The notes under the pieces: generated by a model | Database searches by the model: none | What the model was told of the DNA's origin: nothing | Seen by the model: the letters and a program-made list of their open reading frames with translations, nothing else | Position numbers and translations under genes: made by a program | Shown: one piece after another, positions 8,459 through 17,133 of the stretch | Numbering within the stretch: position 1 is the stretch's first letter | How the letters are laid out: each line of letters begins with the position of its first letter | DNA from: Cyanobacteria bacterium M_surface_10_m1_298 | Lineage (GTDB): Bacteria; Cyanobacteriota; Cyanobacteriia; PCC-6307; Cyanobiaceae | DNA: 64,000 nucleotides | Assembly (NCBI GenBank): GCA_016882485.1 | Contig: VGPT01000005.1 | Location: 386-64,385 of the forward strand | Direction of reading: 5' to 3'

Positions 8459-10372
8459 GTGACCCCCACGCCGATGCCCCCCCCGGCCCAGGTGCGCGTG
8501 GGGGTTTCCATTTACCGCCAGCCCCTGGCCTACGTGCAGCGCTGCCTGGAGAGTGCCCTGGGGCAGATCGACTGCCCTGTGGAGCTGGCCATCCGCATCG
8601 ATGGCCCGGAGAACTGCAGTGCGGATTTGGAGCGCTATTTGCAGACCCTGCAGGCCAGCCACCCCAACGTGACGCTGCTGGACGACCGTGAACACCGCGG
8701 CACCTTCGGCTCCTACCGGGAGCTGTTCAACGGCTGCCGGACACCCTTTTTGGCCCAGCTCGATGGTGACGACTACCTCAGCCCGCTGGCGCTGAGCACT
8801 TGCCTCGCTGCGCTGGAGCCGAGGCCCGACGCCAGTTTTGCATACACCAACTGCCTGGACATTGCCGCCGACGGCACAGTGCTGCAGCTGGGCCAACGGC
8901 AGAAAACGCCGTACAGCTACAGGATGATGCTGGTGCGGTTCATGGCCTTCCACCTGCGGGTGGTGCGTACCGCCAGCTATGAGGCCGTCGGCGGCTACCG
9001 GCCCGACCTGCTCTACAGCGGCGACTACGACCTCGCCCTCAAGCTGGCTGAGCAAGGGGAGGTGCTGTTTGTGCAGGATCCCCTCTACTACTACCGACTG
9101 CACGGTGAGAACACCTCCACACTGCAGCACCAGGCCACCCACCGGGAAGCCTTTGTGGTGGCCCAGGACGCCCTGCAACGATCCGGGCTCGATCGCGCCT
9201 ACCGACTGCTGTTTAATCCAGGCACCCATCAGGTTCACCTGCTCCCCCGGGCCGCCGGTCCACCCACCTGCCTGGCGATCGCCGGCATGCACCGCTCCGG
9301 CACCTCCCTCCTGGCCCAACTGATCCAAGCCGGCACCACGGCCCACCTCGGGGAGCAGCTGCTGGCGGCGGACGACAACAACCGCCAGGGCTATGTGGAA
9401 GACCTGGACTTTGTGAACTGGCATCGCGCCTGCCTCGCCCAGGCCGAGACCAGCGCCGAGCCCGCGGCCGGCACCCACTGGCTGGAGGGGGGCTGGCTGG
9501 GGGATCGGCTGGTGGAGGGGCAACCGCCATTGCGGTTGCGCCAACGGGCCCACGGACTGATCGATCGGCGCCGTCAGCAGGGGCGCCTCTGGGGCTGGAA
9601 GGATCCCCGCACCACGCTGTACCTGCATTTCTGGGCGGAACGCATCCCCCAGCTGCACTATCTGTTCAGCTATCGCAGCCCCTGGGAGTGCTGCCTGTCG
9701 CTGGCCCGTTTCGGCCACGCCAGCCTGCAGGCCGACCCGGACGTCTGCGCGGCCATCTGGGGGGCCTACAACCGCCGCCTCCTGGATTACATGCAGGACC
9801 ACCACGACAGTTGTCTGCTGCTCAACTGTGATGCCCTGGCCAGCGAGCCCGGCCGGCTCTCCGAGCTGCTGGCGATGCACTGGCAGCTGCCCGAGCCAGA
9901 CGGCAGGGCCGTCAAGACCCCCGTGCGGCCGGAGTTGCTGCACCCCAGCTCGGGCCACGGGCTGCGGCTCTGGCAGGTGCTGCTGCCGGAAAGCTGTGCC
10001 CTCTGGCGGGAGCTGCAGGCCGCATCCCACCTGCCGATGACGGAGCGGACCGAACCAGCCTCCATCCCAGCGCTGCCCCCGGGAACCGCGCCGCTGCAGC
10101 TGGTGCTCACCCTGGGGCGCTCACGACTCACTCTCGCCGCCGCCCTGGCCATGTGGTTCGATCAGGCCCACGGGGACGACAGCCTGCTGATCCACGACCC
10201 CCTGGAGAGCCTGGACCCGCCCACCCGTGCAGCCCTGCTGCAGCTCGACACCCGTCTGGGTTGGCTCCCGGCCGGGACAGCCCCTCCCCCTGGGGCCATC
10301 CACTGGGGAAGCGACATGGTGCTGACCAGCAAGGACCCTATGCTGCTGCGTGAGTCCCAGGCCCGACCCTGA
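8459..10372 (+). CDS. GT2 glycosyltransferase - sulfotransferase fusion
   Basis: GT-A domain with QLDGDDYL (DxD) and SGDYDL. Second domain has IAGMHRSGTSLL and WGWKDPRT, typical sulfotransferase motifs. Confidence 0.85.
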   Translation: MTPTPMPPPAQVRVGVSIYRQPLAYVQRCLESALGQIDCPVELAIRIDGPENCSADLERYLQTLQASHPNVTLLDDREHRGTFGSYRELFNGCRTPFLAQLDGDDYLSPLALSTCLAALEPRPDASFAYTNCLDIAADGTVLQLGQRQKTPYSYRMMLVRFMAFHLRVVRTASYEAVGGYRPDLLYSGDYDLALKLAEQGEVLFVQDPLYYYRLHGENTSTLQHQATHREAFVVAQDALQRSGLDRAYRLLFNPGTHQVHLLPRAAGPPTCLAIAGMHRSGTSLLAQLIQAGTTAHLGEQLLAADDNNRQGYVEDLDFVNWHRACLAQAETSAEPAAGTHWLEGGWLGDRLVEGQPPLRLRQRAHGLIDRRRQQGRLWGWKDPRTTLYLHFWAERIPQLHYLFSYRSPWECCLSLARFGHASLQADPDVCAAIWGAYNRRLLDYMQDHHDSCLLLNCDALASEPGRLSELLAMHWQLPEPDGRAVKTPVRPELLHPSSGHGLRLWQVLLPESCALWRELQAASHLPMTERTEPASIPALPPGTAPLQLVLTLGRSRLTLAAALAMWFDQAHGDDSLLIHDPLESLDPPTRAALLQLDTRLGWLPAGTAPPPGAIHWGSDMVLTSKDPMLLRESQARP

Positions 10373-11253
10373 TGGCCATCGGCTTCATCGCCGATCACTT
10401 CCTCGAAGACTTCGCCGGGGGGGCAGAACACAGTGATGAAGCCCTGATCCTGCGGTTGCTGGCCCATGGGGATGTGCACCGCTGCCGCTCCAGGGCCGTG
10501 ACCGTCGAGTGGCTGGAGCAGCACCGGCAGGGCCCGATCCTGGTGGCCAACGCCCTGCAGCTGCAGCCGGGTCACCGCCGATGGCTGGAGCAATCGGGCA
10601 CGCCCTACTTCATTCTCGAACACGACCACCATTACCTGCGTGGGCGCAACCCCTGTCTCTTCCCAGATTGGCGGCCACCGGCCGAGGAGCTGTGCCATCT
10701 GTCCTTCTATGGGGCAGCCCGTTGGGTGGTGTGTCAGTCAAGCCTCCATGAACAGATCCTGCGGCGCTGCACGAGGCTGGAGAACACCTGGAGCCAGGGC
10801 ACCAATTTCTGGCGACCAGACTGGCTGGCGGTGATCAGGCGGTTGCGGCAGCAGGGCATGCGCTGGCCAGAGCGCACGGCGGTGATGCAGTCGCAAACCC
10901 CGGTGAAGAACACGCAGGGGGCCCTCGAGCTGTGCCGCCAGAGGGGCTGGAGCGTGGATGCCCTGCCGTCGATGGGCTACCCGGAATTCCTGCAGACCCT
11001 TGGCTGCTACGGCAGGTTGGTGTTTTTACCCGGCTGGGTGGAGAGCTTCTCCCGCCTGGTGGCCGAAGCGGGGATGCTGGGGTTGGAGATCGTCAGCAAC
11101 CGCTGGGTGGGGTTGCTCGAAGAACCCTGGCTGCAACCCCTCCTGCGGGACGACCGGCGGCTGGCGCCGGAGCTGATCGACTGCATTGCCGAACGCAACA
11201 CCTGGGCCGTGCAACAACTGCTCACCAGGCTGACCAGCGAGGGACAGCTCTGA
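10372..11253 (+). CDS. Glycosyltransferase family 4-like protein
   Basis: GGAE near the N-terminus and ESFSRLVAEAGMLG (E-x7-E). Start overlaps the upstream stop (TGATG). Confidence 0.7.
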   Translation: MAIGFIADHFLEDFAGGAEHSDEALILRLLAHGDVHRCRSRAVTVEWLEQHRQGPILVANALQLQPGHRRWLEQSGTPYFILEHDHHYLRGRNPCLFPDWRPPAEELCHLSFYGAARWVVCQSSLHEQILRRCTRLENTWSQGTNFWRPDWLAVIRRLRQQGMRWPERTAVMQSQTPVKNTQGALELCRQRGWSVDALPSMGYPEFLQTLGCYGRLVFLPGWVESFSRLVAEAGMLGLEIVSNRWVGLLEEPWLQPLLRDDRRLAPELIDCIAERNTWAVQQLLTRLTSEGQL

Positions 11254-11343
11254 GTTCTGCAATTTCTATGGATATTTTGGCGGTGCGCGCCGGCTGAATT
11301 AAAGTGCCCTTTGGACCGAGCTTAGTCTAAGGTTCTCAGAATT

Positions 11344-13065
11344 ATGTCTCACTCTTCTCTCACCACGCCTCACCCCTCCCTGACCACGCTGCTTGGTGAC
11401 CTGATCACCATGCAGTTTGATGCTGAACTCGCCAATTCTGCCCCCAGCACAGCCCGCTTCCGGGTCACCGTCAATGGGGTTGTGACCAGTGTGATTGCCG
11501 CCAGCGTCTCGAGCGGCGAAGGCCTGGCCTTCCTCACCCTGGCCTCCGCGCCGGCCCCCGGCGCCTCCGTGTCGGTGACCTACACCGACCTCATCGGAGA
11601 TCAGAGCTCCGGGGTGCTGCAGCTGGCGGATGGCAGCGACATCGCCAGCTTCACCCAGGCGATCACCAATGACTCCGCGGACGCCGTCGCGCCACAACTG
11701 GATGCCGCCAATGTGGATGGCAACCGGCTCACCCTCAGCTTCAACGAGAGCCTGGGCAGCGGCCTGCCTAGGAATTCGGCCTTCAGCGTGCTGGTGAATG
11801 CCCGGCCCGTGGCCGTCTCCGCCGTTGAGGTGATCGGAGGCCAGGCGGTGCTGACCCTCGCCAAGGCGGTGGCCTTCGGCGACGACGTCACCATCGGCTA
11901 CAAGGACCTCTCGGGCGACCAGCCCTCGGGCGTGCTGGAGGACACCAGCGGCAACGACCTGGCCACCTTCGCCAACGAAGTGGTGGTCAACGACACCGTC
12001 GACGCCACCCCGCTGGCCTTCGCGGCCGCCACGGTGAACGGCGACACCCTCGAGATCACCTTCGACCGGGACATCGCCGACGTGGTGCCCTCGGCGCGCA
12101 CCTTCCGCGTTGAGGCCAATGGTCGCGTGATCAACGCCACCCGGGCCGAAGTGTTCCCGGACGACCGCCAGGTGGTGCTCACCCTGGCCACCCCGGTGAC
12201 CAACAAGGAAACCGTGGTGGTGTCCTACATCGATCCCGCGGGCGACCAGCGCAGCGGCGTTGTGGAGGATGTGCAGGGCAATGACCTGATCAGCTTCACC
12301 AAAAAACCGGTGAAGAACGACACGGTCGACCTCAACCCCATCAGCCTGGACACCGCTGAAGTGGTGGGTGGCAAGCAACTGGTGCTGACCTTCAGCAAGG
12401 AGCTGGGCACCTCCGAGCCCTCCGCCGCCCGTTTCAAGGTGCTGGCCAATGGCAAGCTGCAGGCCATCAGCTCAATTGAGACCAGCCCAGATGACGGGCA
12501 GGTGATCCTCAATCTGCGCAACAGCATCCCGTCCGGGGTGAAGGTGGCCCTTGATTACAGCGACCAAGCCGGCGACCAGAGCTTCGGCGTGGTGGAAGAC
12601 GCCACCGGCAAAGACCTAGCCACCGTTAAATCCTTCTCGGTGACCAACTTCATCGAAGACGCCACCCCGCCTGAGCTGGTGGATGCCGAGGTGGACGGCC
12701 GCACGGTCACCCTCTACTTCGATAAGGAGCTGGACAACTCCCGCCCCAATGCCAGCGCCTTCACCGTGACCGCCGGGCGCCAGCGCTTCAAGGTGCGCTC
12801 CGCCAGCATCGCCGCCGGCGATACCGTGGCCGAGCTCCAGCTGCAAAGTGCCGTGCCCGCCGGAGTCGACGTGGTGATCTCCTACAAGGATCCCAAAAAC
12901 GACCAGGCCAAAGGCGTGGTGCAGGATCTGGCCGGAAACGACCTGGAAAGCATCCGTGATTTCCCTGTGGCCAACATGAACGACGGCGCCAGCAAGCGCC
13001 TGTTCAACGGTACTGACCTGGGGGCCGCCGCCTCCGTGGCCGAACTCATCGCCTGCAGCTGCTGA
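11344..13065 (+). CDS. SwmB-domain protein B: headless, 5 SwmB-type domains + Cys-ending tail
   Basis: Module 1 starts within ~10 aa of Met. Five repeats follow, then the tail DGASKRLFNGTDLGAAASVAELIACSC. Confidence 0.85.
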   Translation: MSHSSLTTPHPSLTTLLGDLITMQFDAELANSAPSTARFRVTVNGVVTSVIAASVSSGEGLAFLTLASAPAPGASVSVTYTDLIGDQSSGVLQLADGSDIASFTQAITNDSADAVAPQLDAANVDGNRLTLSFNESLGSGLPRNSAFSVLVNARPVAVSAVEVIGGQAVLTLAKAVAFGDDVTIGYKDLSGDQPSGVLEDTSGNDLATFANEVVVNDTVDATPLAFAAATVNGDTLEITFDRDIADVVPSARTFRVEANGRVINATRAEVFPDDRQVVLTLATPVTNKETVVVSYIDPAGDQRSGVVEDVQGNDLISFTKKPVKNDTVDLNPISLDTAEVVGGKQLVLTFSKELGTSEPSAARFKVLANGKLQAISSIETSPDDGQVILNLRNSIPSGVKVALDYSDQAGDQSFGVVEDATGKDLATVKSFSVTNFIEDATPPELVDAEVDGRTVTLYFDKELDNSRPNASAFTVTAGRQRFKVRSASIAAGDTVAELQLQSAVPAGVDVVISYKDPKNDQAKGVVQDLAGNDLESIRDFPVANMNDGASKRLFNGTDLGAAASVAELIACSC

Positions 13066-13099
13066 TCTGACCCCCCGGATCCCAGTCCTCTAGTACCCC

Positions 13100-13133
13100 G
13101 CGGGGGCATCAACGGTGTTGATGCCCCCGCTTT
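13100..13133 (+). terminator. Stem-loop (perfect 14-bp stem, 3-nt loop, short T run)
   Basis: GCGGGGGCATCAAC-ggt-GTTGATGCCCCCGC-ttt, located between genes B and C. Confidence 0.6.
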
Positions 13134-13149
13134 CGCACTTCACACACCC

Positions 13150-15870
13150 ATGCCATTCACAATTTCAGGTTTCAAATACGACGACCAGGACGCCAATGGC
13201 TTCCGTGCCACAAGCCTGATCAAAGGCAAAGACCCTGATGTGGTGTTGGTGCTGGATGTCTCCGGCAGCACCTACTTTCCCTTTGTGGGCAGCTCACCTG
13301 TTGGCGATCTCAACAGCGACTACATGCCCAACACGGTGTTGGACGCTGAGATCGCCGCGGCCCAAAGCTTCCACTCCAGCCTGCTCAACCAGGGATTCGG
13401 CAGCGCCAACCTGGCTCTGGTGAGCTTCTCCGATGGCGCCAGCACCGAGTTCAACGGCACCGCCAGCACCTCCACAAGCAGCGGCTACGACTTCTACAAC
13501 AGGGTGGCTGGTCTGCAGCTCCAAGGCGGCACCAACTACTCGGCAGGCCTGAGCACGGCCCTCTCGGTGCTGCGGGGCTGGGGATCCACCGATGGCAACG
13601 TCATCTTTCTGTCCGATGGCGAACCCAACTGGGGCCAGGACGGCACCTCAGAATTCGCCGCCCTCAAGGCAGCCGGCTACAACGTGCAGGCCTTCGGCGT
13701 GGGCACTGGTGCGCGCAAATCGCCCCTGAGCGCGATCGACAGCGACGGCACCGCCTACATCTTCACCACCCCTGAGGAGGTGCGTGATGTGCTCTCCGGC
13801 AAGCTGGGCGGCTCGATCGGCGCCACCCAGTACACCGAACCCGGCCTGGCTGGCGTTGAGATCTACGTGGATCTGAACGGCAACGGCAGCTTCGACAGCG
13901 GCGAGCCCAGCACCACCAGCGGCAGCGACGGCTCCTACACCATCACCACCTCCGCGTTGAGCGTGGGGCAGAGCTATGCGGTGAAGGAGAAGGTGCCCAG
14001 TGGTTACCTGCAGACCCAGGCTCCAAACACCCTGGTGGTGACGGCCGCGAACCAGACCTTCAAGGATGTCAACTTCGGCAACACGGTGGACAAGAACCCG
14101 CCGCCGGTGCCCCTGCCCCCTACCGCCAACCCCCTGGCTGTGTTGTCGGCCTTTGTGGTGGACGACCTGATCACCCTTCAGTTCGACCAAGAGGTGCGCA
14201 ACAGCAACCCCAGCACAGCCCGCTTCCGGGTGGTGGTGGGTGACGGCCCTGCGCGCGTGGTGTCCAGCTCCGTCTCCAGCAGCGATGGGCAGGTGTTGCT
14301 CACCCTGGACAAGCCCGTGGTGTTTGGGGAATCGGTCACCGTCAGTTACACCGACATGCTCGGCGATCAGACCTTCGGGGTGATCGAAAGCGTGGACGGC
14401 GTCGACCTGGCCAACCTCAATGACCTGCCGGTCGAGAACCGCTCCCAGGACAGCAAGGCCCCTGAGGTGGTGGATCTCAGCGTTGACGGCAAGACCCTCA
14501 CCCTGACGCTGAATGAAAGCCTCGGCGCCGAAGTGGCCCCCGCCAGCGCCTTCACGGTGCGCAGCAACGGGCGCACCATCAGCGTGAGCGAGGTCAAGAG
14601 CGCTCCCGACAGCGGCCTGGTGAGTCTCGTGCTCAGCAGTGCGGTGGCCTTCGGTGATGACGTTCAACTCTCCTACAAGGACCTCGCAGGTGACCAAGCC
14701 ACCAAGGTGCTGCAGGACAAGGCCGGCAATGACCTGGCCACCTTCAGCAATGCCACCGTGGTGAACAACACCTTCGAGACCACGCCGCTGGCCTTCGCCA
14801 ATGCCACCGTCGACGGTGACACCCTGGAGATCACCTTCGACCGGGACATTGCCGCCACCCTGCCCTCCGCCAAAACCTTCCGGGTCGAAGCCGATGGCAA
14901 GGTGATCAACGTGAACCGCGTTGCGGTATTCCCCAGCGATCGTCAGGCGGTGCTCACCCTGGGATCGGCGGTCACCAACAAGCAGTCGGTTGTGGTGTCC
15001 TACATCGACCCCGCCGGCGATCAACGCACTGGTGTGGTGGAAGATGTTCAGGGCAACGACCTGATCAGCTTCACCAAGAAACCGGTGAAGAATGACACCG
15101 TCGATGCCAACCCGCTCACCCTCGACAGCGCTGAGGTGCTGGGGGGCAACAAGCTGGTGGTCACCCTCAGCAAGGAGCTGGGGAGCAGCGTGCCGAGCAG
15201 CGCCCGCTTCAAGGTGCTGGCGAACAACAAGCTGCAAGCGATCAGCTCGATTCAGACGAGCCCGAACGACGGCACGGTGACCCTCAACCTACGCAGCAGC
15301 ATCCCCGCCGGGGCTTCTGTGCTACTTGACTACACCGACCAGCTGGGCGACCAGGTGAGCGGCGTGATCGAGGACAACTCCGGCAAGGATCTCGCGAGCG
15401 TGAAGGGGTTCAAAGTCAACAACTTTGTGCTCGATGAAGAGGCGCCCACCCTTGTGGATGCCGAGGCGGAGGGCAACCTGTTGACCCTCTACTTCGATGA
15501 GGAGCTCAGCGGTGGCCGGGTCAACGCCAGTGCCTTCTCGATCAAAGCCGGGGGCAAGCGCTTGCGTGCCCGCTCGGTGAAAGTGCTGGAGGGCGACACC
15601 GTGGCTGAACTGACCCTGAGTGGCTCCGTGGCAGCGGGAACCGATGTGCTCATCTCGTACACCGACCCCCGCAATGACCAGGCCACTGGGGTGATTCAAG
15701 ATCTGGCCGGTAACGACCTGGGGTCGCTGAGGGATTTTGATGTTGTCAACCTCACCTCAGGCCCCAGCAAGCGCCTGATCAGCCTGGGCAGCAGCGAGAT
15801 CAGCGGCGGCCGCCCCAAGAGCGCCCTTGAGGAGCTCTATGCCGGCGCCTGCACCTCGATCGCGATCTGA
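13150..15870 (+). CDS. SwmB-domain protein C: vWA domain inside an SdrD-B/Cna-B-like domain + 5 SwmB-type domains
   Basis: MIDAS elements DVSGS, GGTNY and FLSDG. SdrD-B-like halves TISGFKYDDQDANG and EPGLAGVEIYVDLNGNGSFDSGEP...YAVKEKVPSGYLQTQAP...DVNFGN. Five repeats, then a tail ending ELYAGACTSIAI. Confidence 0.85.
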   Translation: MPFTISGFKYDDQDANGFRATSLIKGKDPDVVLVLDVSGSTYFPFVGSSPVGDLNSDYMPNTVLDAEIAAAQSFHSSLLNQGFGSANLALVSFSDGASTEFNGTASTSTSSGYDFYNRVAGLQLQGGTNYSAGLSTALSVLRGWGSTDGNVIFLSDGEPNWGQDGTSEFAALKAAGYNVQAFGVGTGARKSPLSAIDSDGTAYIFTTPEEVRDVLSGKLGGSIGATQYTEPGLAGVEIYVDLNGNGSFDSGEPSTTSGSDGSYTITTSALSVGQSYAVKEKVPSGYLQTQAPNTLVVTAANQTFKDVNFGNTVDKNPPPVPLPPTANPLAVLSAFVVDDLITLQFDQEVRNSNPSTARFRVVVGDGPARVVSSSVSSSDGQVLLTLDKPVVFGESVTVSYTDMLGDQTFGVIESVDGVDLANLNDLPVENRSQDSKAPEVVDLSVDGKTLTLTLNESLGAEVAPASAFTVRSNGRTISVSEVKSAPDSGLVSLVLSSAVAFGDDVQLSYKDLAGDQATKVLQDKAGNDLATFSNATVVNNTFETTPLAFANATVDGDTLEITFDRDIAATLPSAKTFRVEADGKVINVNRVAVFPSDRQAVLTLGSAVTNKQSVVVSYIDPAGDQRTGVVEDVQGNDLISFTKKPVKNDTVDANPLTLDSAEVLGGNKLVVTLSKELGSSVPSSARFKVLANNKLQAISSIQTSPNDGTVTLNLRSSIPAGASVLLDYTDQLGDQVSGVIEDNSGKDLASVKGFKVNNFVLDEEAPTLVDAEAEGNLLTLYFDEELSGGRVNASAFSIKAGGKRLRARSVKVLEGDTVAELTLSGSVAAGTDVLISYTDPRNDQATGVIQDLAGNDLGSLRDFDVVNLTSGPSKRLISLGSSEISGGRPKSALEELYAGACTSIAI

Positions 15871-15878
15871 GGCCACAG

Positions 15879-15910
15879 CGGTGGCAGGGGAGCTCCCTTG
15901 CCACCGTTTC
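15879..15910 (+). terminator. Stem-loop (12-bp stem with one G-U pair) followed by ttt
   Basis: CGGTGGCAGGGG-agct-CCCTTGCCACCG-tttc, just after gene C. Confidence 0.55.
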
Positions 15911-15953
15911 ACTTCAACCCCAACCCCATTCACGCACCTCACCAGTCTCCGCC

Positions 15954-16949
15954 ATGAGCTTCATCACCCTCACCAAATCCGGTTGGGTTGATGACATGGG
16001 GCTCCAGAGGGGCCGCTGGACCACAGAGGCCGACCTGCTCTCTGAACGCAAGAGCCTGCTGGAGGTGCAGCGCAGCGATCGGATCAACGCCGGCAACGGA
16101 GATGACCAGTTGATCGGCAAAGGATTGCAGGTGATGGGCAGTCTCAGCACCGGCGCCGGCAACGACCTGCTCAACACCTCTTTCCGTGGCAACGGCGATG
16201 ACAGCCTGTGGCTCACTGGCAAGCTGGACCTCGGGGATGGTGACGACACCCTGACGGCCCTGCGGTTGGGGCTCAGCAAACGCTCCTCAGGCGCCTACGG
16301 CATCAATTCCAGTGGCTCACTGTTCACCGGCGCAGGCCGCGACAGTGTCGAAAGCACCGAGGTGCTGATCAGCGCAGGCAGCATCAACCTCGGCGATGGC
16401 GATGACCAGTTCAAGGCAACCGGCTTGTTCTGCAATAGCCGCGGCCTATTTCTGGCGGGTGCCGGGAATGACCAGCTCCATGTGGTGCACCTGGATCATT
16501 CCGGCACCATCTCCATGGGTGATGGTGATGACCTGATCCGGGCTAGCCGCGGCACCAACACCAAGGCCCGCTACAAGGGCATCAACAACAACGGCGTGGT
16601 CAACACAGGCGCCGGAAACGACGAAGTGGATTCCCTGGACGGCGGATTCCGCGGTGCTGGTCGCTGGATCCTGGGGGACGGTGATGACCTGATCCGGGGC
16701 TTCGGGGGCGGCCAATTCGAAGGGGGCCTCGGGACAGACCGGCTCCTGCTCGGAGCGGGCACATACACCATCACCGCATCGGCCGTGCCAGAACGGTTTC
16801 AGTTGCGGGCCATGGGGGGCCGCGAAGCGATGGGCCTGCTGGAGTTCGAAGAGATCGGCAGCGCACTCCAGCCCAATGAACGACTCCCCCTCAAAGCCGG
16901 CAGCCTGGTGGTGGGGAACGCGGGGGAACTGAGCTTCACCCCCATCTGA
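15954..16949 (+). CDS. Small RTX/hemolysin-type calcium-binding protein
   Basis: About 10 degenerate G-x-G-x-D-x-(L/I/V) repeats (GNGDDQL, GAGNDLL, GDGDDTL, GAGRDSV, GDGDDQF, GAGNDQL, GDGDDLI, GAGNDEV, GDGDDLI, GLGTDRL). No recognisable catalytic domain. Confidence 0.8.
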   Translation: MSFITLTKSGWVDDMGLQRGRWTTEADLLSERKSLLEVQRSDRINAGNGDDQLIGKGLQVMGSLSTGAGNDLLNTSFRGNGDDSLWLTGKLDLGDGDDTLTALRLGLSKRSSGAYGINSSGSLFTGAGRDSVESTEVLISAGSINLGDGDDQFKATGLFCNSRGLFLAGAGNDQLHVVHLDHSGTISMGDGDDLIRASRGTNTKARYKGINNNGVVNTGAGNDEVDSLDGGFRGAGRWILGDGDDLIRGFGGGQFEGGLGTDRLLLGAGTYTITASAVPERFQLRAMGGREAMGLLEFEEIGSALQPNERLPLKAGSLVVGNAGELSFTPI

Positions 16950-16984
16950 ACCGCGATACGCGCGAGCGTTTAGACCCAGACTTC

Positions 16985-17002
16985 TGTGATATTGTGTCAC
17001 AA
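16985..17002. promoter_or_regulatory. Candidate operator (overlapping palindromes TGTGA-N7-TCACA and TTGTG-T-CACAA)
   Basis: Sequence tgtgatattgtgtcacaa in an AT-rich intergenic patch ~135 bp upstream of ATG 17134. Confidence 0.3.
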
Positions 17003-17133
17003 CTTTGTATCGAACCGGACCCCTCGGTTGGATCCAAACCCTTGCAATCTCTGATCGCCCGGTGGTAGCCCCCCGGCGAAGGGAGCAAACACGGGCCTGG
17101 ATCCAAAAACCATCGGGCCGCTCTAAAGACCCC

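Noticed and set aside
13048-13065. C-terminal CSC as a prenylation (CXC/CaaX) signal
   Set aside because: That machinery is eukaryotic and no prenyltransferase is in the window.
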